Virus record (IMG/VR): IMGVR_UViG_3300035698_010358
Location: 1 to 64,000 of that record
Source of the DNA: a virus
Strand: one strand, 5' to 3'
Length of the DNA: 64,000 bases
Part shown: piece after piece, positions 28,399 through 38,000 of the stretch
Numbering within the stretch: position 1 is the stretch's first letter
How the letters are laid out: the number at the start of each line of letters is the position of its first letter
The notes under the pieces: model-generated
Database searches by the model: none
What the model saw: the letters and a program-made list of their open reading frames with translations, nothing else
What the model was told of the DNA's origin: nothing
Program-made: the position numbers and the translations under genes

Positions 28399-28781
28399 CG
28401 ATGCCTCGTATAAACTACAATGGGCTACCTATGGGAAAACCAAAATGAATGATTCAGGTTATAAAATTGTCCACTTGACAGAGGACCCTGAGCAGTTAGC
28501 TTTCCAGACTCTTTATGTTATTGGAGAGAACGGGCATTTCTGGCATGTGGTGTTCAACTGCCCTTGTGGTTGTGGAGCCATTATTGCTCTGAATTTACTA
28601 CCTGACTCTTCACCACAATGGAAGCTGGATGAGAAAGGCCCTACATTAACTCCTTCCATCAACAGTACTACTGGTTGTCGAAGCCATTTCGTATTAAAGA
28701 ATGGCCGAATTAACTGGTCATAGAATGAATAACGATGCCTCGTATAGACTACAATCGAATTCGGGCTACCTATGGGAAAAC
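28396..28781 (+). repeat. Imperfect direct repeat (28396-28440 and 28730-28781) flanking the DUF6527-like gene
   Basis: TAACGATGCCTCGTATA(A/G)ACTACAAT[CGAATTC]GGGCTACCTATGGGAAAAC. Confidence 0.9.
28445..28723 (+). CDS. DUF6527-like zinc-binding protein
   Basis: FNCPCGCG..LNL..W..PTLTPSI..GCRSHF..GRINW. Confidence 0.75.
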   Translation: MNDSGYKIVHLTEDPEQLAFQTLYVIGENGHFWHVVFNCPCGCGAIIALNLLPDSSPQWKLDEKGPTLTPSINSTTGCRSHFVLKNGRINWS

Positions 28782-29349
28782 ATGGGCAAAGACCGGTGAA
28801 ATTGAGTTAGATGATAGTATTCTCAAGTTGATTGGGGAGACTCTCGTGTCCGTAGTCAAAATCGAAGCTAAGAATGAATTCGTGAAAAGAGAATGGTCAC
28901 AGGATGACCCTATGGGAGGCCCGCCTATCGGTGAGTCTTTCAAGTATGAGATTCTGGGAGAACGGACAGTTGTTCTTACATCTACCTTCTATGGGTTGGC
29001 TCAGTTGACTTCCAAGGAAGGTATCCCTGAACGGAAGATGACTTGGTTGACTCAGCAGGGGCAGATGAGGAATATCCAACCTCCAAAAGAGTTTGGCAAG
29101 ACACCTAAAACCAAATCAACATCTTCCAGTTCATCCCCGTTAGTGGTTCCTTTGACTACAGATACTGGGGAAGTTATTTTCAGGATGGCACCTCTACGGA
29201 CGGCAGATGCTTGGATTCATCCAGGTATCGCCCGATTCAATTTCATGGAGAGAGCTGTCAAGAAAGCAAAAGCCCAAGTTGATACAATCATGACCGAATA
29301 CTGCGGCAACATTATTAGTGCCGGGATTGCTGAGGCATTTAATGGTTGA
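28735..29349 (+). CDS. Putative neck/tail-completion protein
   Basis: AWIHPGIARFNFMERAV; synteny. Confidence 0.5.
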   Translation: MPRIDYNRIRATYGKTWAKTGEIELDDSILKLIGETLVSVVKIEAKNEFVKREWSQDDPMGGPPIGESFKYEILGERTVVLTSTFYGLAQLTSKEGIPERKMTWLTQQGQMRNIQPPKEFGKTPKTKSTSSSSSPLVVPLTTDTGEVIFRMAPLRTADAWIHPGIARFNFMERAVKKAKAQVDTIMTEYCGNIISAGIAEAFNG

Positions 29350-29962
29350 AGCTAGGATTATTTGTACCTGCCCCTTTATCGGGATACCTGATTTAGGGTT
29401 GACCATGAAACGTGGTCAATCTGCCATAATCCCTGAAGAAAAAGCTAGATCTTCCAAGGATTTACAGATTGCTGAAAAAAACGGTGGGGTGACTGTAGCA
29501 TATATTAAGAGATTCCAAGAACTTAAACCAGCCCTAGAGACTGTTCCTCGTAAAGTTCCGTTGCCACCTTCTATACGGCAACCTAACCCACCTCCTGTTG
29601 AAGTCGTCAGGGTAGAGAAGATGACTCTGGATGAGGATGCCTTGGTGGAGAAATTGGCTGCTAAGATGAACTCTTTACGTGATGGCAACACGAATGCCCT
29701 GATAGATTCTCTGATAGGGGAAGTTCAGTCTATGAGGGAAGATATTGCAAAAGGACAGCAGAATCCTCAGATTGTGAGGGAGGTTGTTCGTTCTGAGGGT
29801 ACAGTAAAAGAAGATGTCCCCATGTTCATTCCCAAGACTATTATGGGGAAAGATGCTGAGGACGTTAAGATAGAGATTAAAGAAACTACTTCAGAAGGCA
29901 CTGTGGATGAGGCTTCCAAAGCCTTACGTGCTTTACGGAAGAAAAAGGAGAAGAAATCATGA
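29342..29962 (+). CDS. Hypothetical protein coupled to the actin-like gene
   Basis: Overlaps both neighbours; basic C-terminus. Confidence 0.6.
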   Translation: MVEARIICTCPFIGIPDLGLTMKRGQSAIIPEEKARSSKDLQIAEKNGGVTVAYIKRFQELKPALETVPRKVPLPPSIRQPNPPPVEVVRVEKMTLDEDALVEKLAAKMNSLRDGNTNALIDSLIGEVQSMREDIAKGQQNPQIVREVVRSEGTVKEDVPMFIPKTIMGKDAEDVKIEIKETTSEGTVDEASKALRALRKKKEKKS

Positions 29963-30993
29963 CAGACGATAAAAAACCTGTGGAAACACCAGTTCCGGCA
30001 GCTTCTATTCCTTTCGGGGTTGGCCTCGACATCGGGACCATGAATGTCGTATCGGCCCGTCGTGGAAAAAACGGCATCACCTCCAAACGGATGAGAGATG
30101 TCTTCATTGACTTACCCCTTAGTGCCAAGAAGATGCTGAGTCTGTCTTCCACCAGCTTCGTTGAACGAGAAGACGATATTTTGATTCTGGGAGATGCTGC
30201 TTTGGAGACGGCCAATGTTTTCGGGACCCCTCCACGTCGTCCACTCTCTGACGGGATTATCTCATCCTGTGAGATCGATAGCTTGGAAGTTCTCGGAATG
30301 CTCATCAAGAATGTCTTGGGAGAACCGAGGGTGAAAGATGAAGCATGTTATTTCTCCGTCCCGGCAGACCCAACGGATTCTGACAAAAATATTATTTATC
30401 ATCGTGGTGTGCTTGAACAAATTATAACAGAGTGTGGGTATACCCCTTATGCTGCTAATGAAGCTATGGCTATTATTTATTCAGAGACTGCTAAGGAGGG
30501 GTTTTCTGGGATCAGCCTATCTTTTGGATCGGGTATGGTAAATGCTGCTTTGTCTATTAACACCATTGAAGGTCTGACGTTTTCCACTTCTCGATGTGGA
30601 GACTGGATCGATGCTGGTGCTGCCAGTTCCGTCGGCCAGACTCAGGCTCGTATCTGTGCCCTGAAAGAGAAGGGCTTCGACCTGATGAAACCTGAAGGCC
30701 GTGAACAAGAAGCTCTGGCCTTCTATTACAAGTCGGCCATCAACTATGCCCTAGACAACATTGAGGAACGGTTCAAGGCCATCCAGAACAAGTTCTCCTT
30801 GTCCAAGCCCATCCCCATCGTGGTATCGGGTGGTACAAGCCTGGCTGGGGGATTCATGGACTTCTTCAATGACGTTTTCAAGAAACGGAAGAAGTTCCCC
30901 ATCGAGATTTCTGATATTCGACATGCTCAGGAACCTTTGAATGCTGTTGCCTATGGACTGTTAATTCAAGCCATCCAAGAACACGAGGATTAA
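29959..30993 (+). CDS. Actin-like ATPase (MreB/ParM/MamK superfamily)
   Basis: Phosphate-1 GLDIGTMN, NEAMA, phosphate-2 LSFGSG, adenosine VVSGGTS, terminal NAVAYG. Confidence 0.85.
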   Translation: MTDDKKPVETPVPAASIPFGVGLDIGTMNVVSARRGKNGITSKRMRDVFIDLPLSAKKMLSLSSTSFVEREDDILILGDAALETANVFGTPPRRPLSDGIISSCEIDSLEVLGMLIKNVLGEPRVKDEACYFSVPADPTDSDKNIIYHRGVLEQIITECGYTPYAANEAMAIIYSETAKEGFSGISLSFGSGMVNAALSINTIEGLTFSTSRCGDWIDAGAASSVGQTQARICALKEKGFDLMKPEGREQEALAFYYKSAINYALDNIEERFKAIQNKFSLSKPIPIVVSGGTSLAGGFMDFFNDVFKKRKKFPIEISDIRHAQEPLNAVAYGLLIQAIQEHED

Positions 30994-30998
30994 GTAAA

Positions 30999-31880
30999 AT
31001 GGGTTCTGTCAAATTTGCATATTCAAGCGATCCCAGAACACGAGGGTTAAGTGAGAAGGATTTTATTGAGTTTACACATTCTAAAGGCATTACATTTTTG
31101 CCTGCTTTGAGAGTAGTAGCCAAGATGTTTTTCGGAATCCCTTTGGATGATACAAACTATTTCGAGATTGTTACGGATTGGGGTTCGGGAACCACCGAAA
31201 CATTCACGGAAGCCTCTTATTTGAAATATCTTTATTTGGATGGTAGATGCAACGTATCTGAGTATAGAGAAGGTGGCTTCAAGGACGTGGTTTTGTGTGC
31301 GGGACGCCGTTCTGGGAAAACCCTTTTTGAAGGAACTCTGGCTTCCTATTTTTATACCCAAGCCTGTCGGATGGATAACCCGAAGCCTATTTCCATATGT
31401 TGCCCAAATAAAGACACGACTGGTCAAGCTATGCATGAGATTAACCAAATGATCCCGAAGTGTGGGAGTAGAAGAACTCTTTCTTATATGATCCACGAAG
31501 AAGGTGCTAAGTTGCTGGCTGTCTCGGTTTATTCTAAAAAGTTGCTTGACAGTAACTTTCAACTGGCCATTCTGGATGATCTTGAACAGGCCCTCGCGGG
31601 AAAACATTCTGAAATTTATAATCATGTAGCCAACTCACGTCGTGTGGTGGCTACAACTCCGAAATTCCTTAAAACGAAAAAAGATTTCTTTCATCAATTG
31701 ATGACCTTAGACGACCCTGACACAATCAGGTTCCAGATCCCAACTTGGGAAGCAAACCCCTCTATCCCTACAGAAAAACTCAGAAGGGATTTTGATCGTG
31801 ATCCTCTTAGTTTCCGACTGGAGTTTGGGGCCGAACTCATTACATCAAAAGGGCAGGCTGCCCAGACGTTGGATGACTAA
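30999..31880 (+). CDS. Terminase-large-subunit-like ATPase domain without nuclease domain
   Basis: Walker A CAGRRSGKT, Walker B LAILDD, ATTP, IPTWEANPS...FRLEFGAEL, then stop. Confidence 0.75.
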   Translation: MGSVKFAYSSDPRTRGLSEKDFIEFTHSKGITFLPALRVVAKMFFGIPLDDTNYFEIVTDWGSGTTETFTEASYLKYLYLDGRCNVSEYREGGFKDVVLCAGRRSGKTLFEGTLASYFYTQACRMDNPKPISICCPNKDTTGQAMHEINQMIPKCGSRRTLSYMIHEEGAKLLAVSVYSKKLLDSNFQLAILDDLEQALAGKHSEIYNHVANSRRVVATTPKFLKTKKDFFHQLMTLDDPDTIRFQIPTWEANPSIPTEKLRRDFDRDPLSFRLEFGAELITSKGQAAQTLDD

Positions 31881-31881
31881 T

Positions 31882-32463
31882 ATGGCCGATAAAGTTAAAG
31901 TTCAGAGAGTGACTCTTACCATCCATGAAGAAATGGTTCCCGTGGATTCTAATAATCCAAGTCATGTGGCTCTGGCGGAACGATTAAGTCAGCCTCATGT
32001 TCATGATATTAAATCCTACCGTATAATGGAAATCCCAAAACCTAAAACAGGTGTTGTTGAATTTACAATTAAGGGGTTTAGTTATTATAAAAATGAGAAA
32101 CCATCATGTAAAAAGAAGATGAAAGCATCTAATGAAAACGGACCTTATGTTGCAATACCTGTCCCTACTGTTAGAACTCCCTTTGACTGGTTGTCTGATG
32201 AGTTTACCCAGATAGAAAAATCTGACATCATAGTGAAGGATGTTGTGATGACTCCTTGTTTTTGGGGGATTCTTAAAAAAGATAAACTTTTTAAGGATTC
32301 TTGTGATTTGGGTAGCAATGAGTCTTGCCACATTGGGTATGTGTGGGGGGCTCGTGTTTGGTTATCTGAAGCTGTTAGTAGGGAAGCCTTAGTGTATAGA
32401 GAAAACGATCCGAATTTCCTAAAGGATTGGCCAGCTTTTGCTAATTGGGGTATGGAGGACTAA
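31882..32463 (+). CDS. Protein with C-terminal capsid-protein-like fragment
   Basis: LSDEFTQIEKSDIIVKDVVM...VWGARVWLS aligns with MCP LADAFSLIERHDLRVARVYM...LWGAQIVTS. Confidence 0.7.
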   Translation: MADKVKVQRVTLTIHEEMVPVDSNNPSHVALAERLSQPHVHDIKSYRIMEIPKPKTGVVEFTIKGFSYYKNEKPSCKKKMKASNENGPYVAIPVPTVRTPFDWLSDEFTQIEKSDIIVKDVVMTPCFWGILKKDKLFKDSCDLGSNESCHIGYVWGARVWLSEAVSREALVYRENDPNFLKDWPAFANWGMED

Positions 32464-32464
32464 T

Positions 32465-32737
32465 ATGCCTACCGATAGAGAATCTGCTCGACTCAAGAAA
32501 GTCACTGTCACCATCAAAAAGGAATGGGAGCCAGTAAACCCAGACAATGCTGAGGATGTAGCCCTGGCTGCCAAACTCAGTGAAGTCCCCGTAGTGTGGA
32601 ACATGAACCCGAAGAAAACGAGTATGAGCCAGAAACGGGAAGTGAGTCATTTCATAGATGCTGGGTCAAAAGAAAACGTGGAGATGGGTGTCGGCCCTAC
32701 AATGGCTACTGTCTCTGGGGATCTGTTGGACGAATAA
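32465..32737 (+). CDS. Small paralog of the 31882 N-terminal domain
   Basis: KKVTVTIKKEWEPVNPDNAEDVALAAKLS versus QRVTLTIHEEMVPVDSNNPSHVALAERLS; GGAGG RBS. Confidence 0.7.
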   Translation: MPTDRESARLKKVTVTIKKEWEPVNPDNAEDVALAAKLSEVPVVWNMNPKKTSMSQKREVSHFIDAGSKENVEMGVGPTMATVSGDLLDE

Positions 32738-32817
32738 TAATTAATATGGAATAAGAAATAAAGGGTACTGTTGTTCTGTGAGTTCGTTGGATAATGAGAA
32801 TTAAGAAGGAGGTTACG

Positions 32818-33165
32818 ATGAAAACATTACAAGAAATTGAAAATGGTTTAACGGCTAAAGATTTTTTAGAGGTTTTGAAAAAATTGCTGGACAAACAATT
32901 AGATGGTTTTGTTCATACAGAGTATTTAAAACAGTTCATGGATGCTTATTGGAAACATTATGATGAGAAGGGTGGGGTTGGTAAAATCGTTATGGACTTG
33001 AAAACTTGGGATGATTTTAGGAAAGCCACCCGGAACGATCCTAATGTTGAGATAGAATCAAAAGCTACGAACCTAAAAAAAGGTTTGATGGGGACTTGGG
33101 ATAAAATACCGATTTTTATTTCCTCTTTGTGTGAAGGATTAGTATTTCATACCGAAAAGGATTGA
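32818..33165 (+). CDS. Small capsid-protein-like fragment
   Basis: AAGGAGG RBS; VEIESKATNLKKGLMGT versus MCP LDIESQATLLKTGLMAT. Confidence 0.75.
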   Translation: MKTLQEIENGLTAKDFLEVLKKLLDKQLDGFVHTEYLKQFMDAYWKHYDEKGGVGKIVMDLKTWDDFRKATRNDPNVEIESKATNLKKGLMGTWDKIPIFISSLCEGLVFHTEKD

Positions 33166-33223
33166 TCTGGTCTAATAGAATAATCCCCCTATGTACCTCC
33201 CTTCTATAGGGAGGTACATTTGA

Positions 33224-34423
33224 ATGTACTTTAGATTAACAGAAGCTTTAAAGCGTCGGCTTATTATGGAATTGAGGAATTACTGGCAATACCACCCTCT
33301 TTATCCAGACCTGCCTGATCATATTATTGGGAAATACTCTTTCAGAGAACGCCCCTCAACAGGTATCATTGTCAAAACTGGCGGTGGTAGCCATGTAGCT
33401 TTGTCTGCCGACAATTACCTAGGCATCCAAGAGAGTTATGTTAACCTGACCAAGTACAAGAACAAACCAGGCTTGGCTATTGAATGGGTTCGAGAAGATG
33501 CCATTGCCATCCAGAAGAATGATGGGGTTTTCCCTTCTCCTCCCGGTGTCTATTACACCCAGCTAACAGAAGACAATCAATTTTATGTGGATGCTCTCGT
33601 TAACATCTATAATGAGATTCTAACCCCTATAGATACCTTCACGTACTCGATGACTCAGACTCCGTTGGAAGGGACTATTCGAGTCTTTGAGATGCCTGCC
33701 CGTTATCAATTGCTTGAGGGTGAGAACTACACCGTTGAGTTGGACGGCCAAGGAAAACCCACAGGTGAAATCACTCTAACACAAGCTCTGACAGGCAACC
33801 GATACTTGGTTGTAGATTATAAACACCCAATCGGTTCTCAGGGTCCTTACACCATCGACCCCGGTTTTGCAAACAACACTGCTATCCCTGGAGTCGTTCT
33901 GGCTTTTGGCCGACGAAATAAAAAAGGAGATATTCAAGCAGTGGTTGTAGAGGACGTTCGTAGAGCAGCCTCTCAGATATATGGGGGCAAGTGGGAAATC
34001 TCAATGGAGTTCGATGTGGTGGCCAGAGATGTGTTTGCTCAACAGGAAATTGCTGACCAAACTGTCATATATCTCTGGGGGATACTTAGACCTCGATTAT
34101 CTTCCGAAGGTATTGAAATGTCTGAGATTTCTTTGGGTGGTGAGTCAGAAGAAGTTTACGATGAGAGTGGTGATGATTATTTCTATAACTCCTCGTTTTC
34201 ATTAACAGTTACGACTGACTGGGAAGTTCATATCCCGTTAAGTGCCTTCCTTCGTCAGGTTACTCCTGCCAGCCGTGCCTATGCCGAATATTTGGCTTCA
34301 ATACCAGATGAACAATTAAGACAAGCAGGGGCCGGAATACGCCAAGCCAATGAGATGGGGTTGGAAGTTATGAGGGACCCATATTTTGTTGGAAGGACTG
34401 CTAATTTCGAAGTAGTTCGTTAG
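33224..34423 (+). CDS. Putative tail terminator/completion protein
   Basis: GGAGG RBS; upstream of sheath; ISMEFDVVARD..QQEIAD..YL pattern. Confidence 0.55.
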   Translation: MYFRLTEALKRRLIMELRNYWQYHPLYPDLPDHIIGKYSFRERPSTGIIVKTGGGSHVALSADNYLGIQESYVNLTKYKNKPGLAIEWVREDAIAIQKNDGVFPSPPGVYYTQLTEDNQFYVDALVNIYNEILTPIDTFTYSMTQTPLEGTIRVFEMPARYQLLEGENYTVELDGQGKPTGEITLTQALTGNRYLVVDYKHPIGSQGPYTIDPGFANNTAIPGVVLAFGRRNKKGDIQAVVVEDVRRAASQIYGGKWEISMEFDVVARDVFAQQEIADQTVIYLWGILRPRLSSEGIEMSEISLGGESEEVYDESGDDYFYNSSFSLTVTTDWEVHIPLSAFLRQVTPASRAYAEYLASIPDEQLRQAGAGIRQANEMGLEVMRDPYFVGRTANFEVVR

Positions 34424-34463
34424 TCCTTTAATTTTTCACCCATTCTAAGAGAGTGGAGGAACA

Positions 34464-34913
34464 ATGCCTTTATATTCATATCAATGTAGTTGTGGGATTC
34501 GTTTTGAGGGATCGGCCAGTATGGCCAAACATGCCGATCCAAAAGAATGCCCAGAGTGTGGGAAAATGTCTGAACGATTGATGCCAACAGATGTGAATGG
34601 GGTCTTCAATCAGGAAGTTTCAGGACCCGTCCCTCAGAATACTGGAGTGGATAGTTTTGATGCTCATATTGATAGAGTAATTGGTCAGTCTGCTGAACAA
34701 GGACGAAAAGCTCATGTGGCTCGGGTAGATACCAAAAAAGAATTACTGCGGGATAATCCCGGAGCAACTGGAAAAGATATCACGAAAACTTCTGACGGGG
34801 GATTTCATTTGATGTCTTTAGAGGAAAGAAATGCCCGAGATGCCGCTCTATCCATCAATAATCAGGCTATGAACGCCATACAACAGGAGAGGATGAAAAT
34901 CACTCCAAAGTAG
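34464..34913 (+). CDS. FmdB-family zinc-ribbon protein
   Basis: MPLYSYQCSCG..FE...CPECG. Confidence 0.8.
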   Translation: MPLYSYQCSCGIRFEGSASMAKHADPKECPECGKMSERLMPTDVNGVFNQEVSGPVPQNTGVDSFDAHIDRVIGQSAEQGRKAHVARVDTKKELLRDNPGATGKDITKTSDGGFHLMSLEERNARDAALSINNQAMNAIQQERMKITPK

Positions 34914-35091
34914 AAACTAGACCATAAGTGGTCGTGGACAAAACATACATATGGAAATACTGACAACCAACTTGAGCTTGATAACCGCCGTAGGCTGGAG
35001 AAACAGACGAACTAACTGATGAACAGATTGAATAGTTTGAGCTGAAACTCCGCAATAACTTGTGGAATGAACCGAATTTAAGAGGTGTACA

Positions 35092-38000
35092 ATGGCATTT
35101 CCTGGTAAATCATACGCACCACCAGGCGTCTACACGAGAACGCTTTTCGAGAACCCCCTTTCTGGAGCTATCGATAGTTTCAAGATTCCGATTTTTATCG
35201 GTGAGGGAAACGAACACCTGGTTCAGAAGAATCTGGAGGTCGTTCGAGGGTCGTCCCGGGACATCGATCAAAAGATTGTCGGTGAAGACGAGGCTGGTCG
35301 TGCTGTAGTCAGTGTTACTCAGGCAGGTGTAATCACCTTGGGTGACTTTGACGGAACTTTGGACAAGATTCAAGTCCGTAAATACCCCATCACTGACGGT
35401 CAAGGTTCGGGTACAACCACGAACAGCCGTTCCGATGTGGTTGTCACCATCAACAATCAGATTATGGTTGTTCGACAGGTGGATGGGGCTACTGGTGTTA
35501 TTAAATTGGCACAGCCTCCGCGGGTCACGGATGAAGTCCGGGTCACTTACTTCTTCAAACGAACGGATACTCTGACCACTGATGATGTCAGTGACCAAGT
35601 GAATCCTGATCCGGCAGTCGTTCGGGGTGTTAACGGTATAGCTGATGTAGACTCCCCGGTCGGACAAGAAGGCTCGATTGGTTCTGGTGCAGTCATTGAC
35701 TTGCACGGGGATATCACCAATGCCTCTGGACAAGTTGTCGTTCCGGCCAACAATGTTCTGAATCTGGTTATCGACGGTGTGAAATACACTATTACCCTGG
35801 CTGCTCGGAACGATTATACGATGTCTCAGATTGCTGCTGCTATCACAGCAGCCAATAAGGGTACTCTGACAGCCAGTGCTTTCATCAATAATTTTGGCCT
35901 TTCTGCACTTTTATTGAATGCCAGCGGTAGCATTGTCGTCAGTGCCGGTTCAGCCAATGCTCTTTTAGGACTCATTACGGGTTCTGCTGACACTCGAACC
36001 TCAACTTTCTATACCTTCGAAGGTCCCATCGTAGATGGCTCCAACGGTGGTGTAACGACTACTGATCCTGCTAAAGTGGTGGTCAAGGTCAATAACACTC
36101 AGGTCATTCCCGTATCGGTGAATGGTTCTACACGGGCAGTCACTTTGTCAGCAGCTCCTAAAGCTGGTGCTACTGTGACTATTCAATACTGGTTCAACGC
36201 TTGGCAGGATACATTTGATTACCTGCAACATAATGGGATCACTGAGATTACTAAGTGTGGTGTGGCCCCTGAGTCCAAGTCCTATGTTCAGGAAACAGAT
36301 TTCGTCCTGAAAGACGATAAAATCGTCTGGGGTACAGCAGCTCTGGTTTCCAGCGGGATCCATACATCAGGTGCTTCCTTGTTTGGGGAAACTCAAATCA
36401 CCAGTACTCTGATAGACAATAAAACGTTCCTCTCAACTTGTACACCAGTTGTGCAGAGCAGTGGTGGTATTTCTTCCGATAACCGGATGGACTTCACACT
36501 CCCCTTCCAGCCGACTCTCGGTAATGGGCGAAATACCCCCTTGGGTCAAAGTCTGTTCCAGACGGTCAGCAACGGACGTATCGACCTTCCGACCAACCGC
36601 CCAGACGTGGTGGATGTGTATTGGGGTTATGATGTTCAGGATGCCCTTGACCGTGGCAAAGTGGAAGTGGACAAAGTAGAAGGTATTACCGTTTCGTTGG
36701 CTGAATCCGTTCCCGTCGGAGCAATAGTATTTGCTTCCTTCTGGTACAACCTTCTGACAGATGAAGAGTACACCATAACATGTGTGAATCCTGGGGCTTC
36801 CGGTTCTGGTACATACACCATCATTGACAAAGGTGACTCTGAAGTCTACGGTGTCACACTTAACACTGGCACCAAGGGTTCATCCCTTAACGGTGTCACC
36901 CTTGAATTCCCATCAGGTTCCGAGTTGACCCCTGATCTTCACTTTGAAGGTTTGTCTGGTGACGACTTTGTTGGCCCTGTTGAAGAAATCGTGACAGTAC
37001 AGTTTTCTTCCCGTGTGGCTACTCCTGCAAAATGGACGATGCCTGGTGCAGGACCTTACGAATTCATCAAGAGTTACTCCGACAGACTCAGAATTAAACT
37101 GCACACCTACGAATCCGTCGGTGTTGTGGGCCTGAACTTGGATAACCCTTCTGGTAGTGCGGCTATTGCAGGACACGGTGGTGGTTTCTTTGCTTCCGTT
37201 GTCGGTGACGAGGTGGATTATACAGGTGGTGTTGGTGCAACAATCGGTCAAAGTTATTCTTTGGCTGCAGCCGAAGACTTCTACCTCCAGGTAGATGATG
37301 CCAATATCCTGGTGAAAACATCCAGCACGGTGACAGATGTGGATGTCAGCTATTTTGCCGATGTCATCAATGAAGCTGCAAGTGGTCATCAGGCTTTGGC
37401 TTTGACAGGAGGTTCTAACGTAATAGGGCTTCCACATACCAAGTCCGATGTAAATAACTACTACGTTGGTTGGAGAGTGGTCATCGGTAACCATGCTCTC
37501 AGTGGTGCAACACCGGGCCAATACAGGACTATCACAGCTTACGATGGTACAACATGGGAAGCTACAGTGGATTCTGCCTGGGCTGGTGGTTCTGTTTCTG
37601 TAAACACTCCTTACTACATCTATAACCCAGATGCTCGTTCCACAATGGTCGGTGCAACTGAGTTCAACGGCCCCGTGACAATCACAGCAGGTGCCCATGA
37701 TAAATTGAACTTTGCTTACATAGGTGATGTTGTTTCGGTTGCTTTCGAGATTACATTAACACCTGGAACTTATGCTACTCCGGTCTTACTTGCTACCGAA
37801 GTCCAAGATCAGATTGATACTGAACTTGCTGCTGCTGGTGCTGCTGCTGCTGGTCTGAACATAGAATGTACGGCCAATGCTCAAGCCAAGTTGCAATTTA
37901 AAATACAACATGCTGGTTTGAACGCCGCTGGTTACATCCAGTTCCTTGATTCTACCAGTTCTCCTGATGAAGACTTTGCAGTCATCGCAGGGTTGGACAC

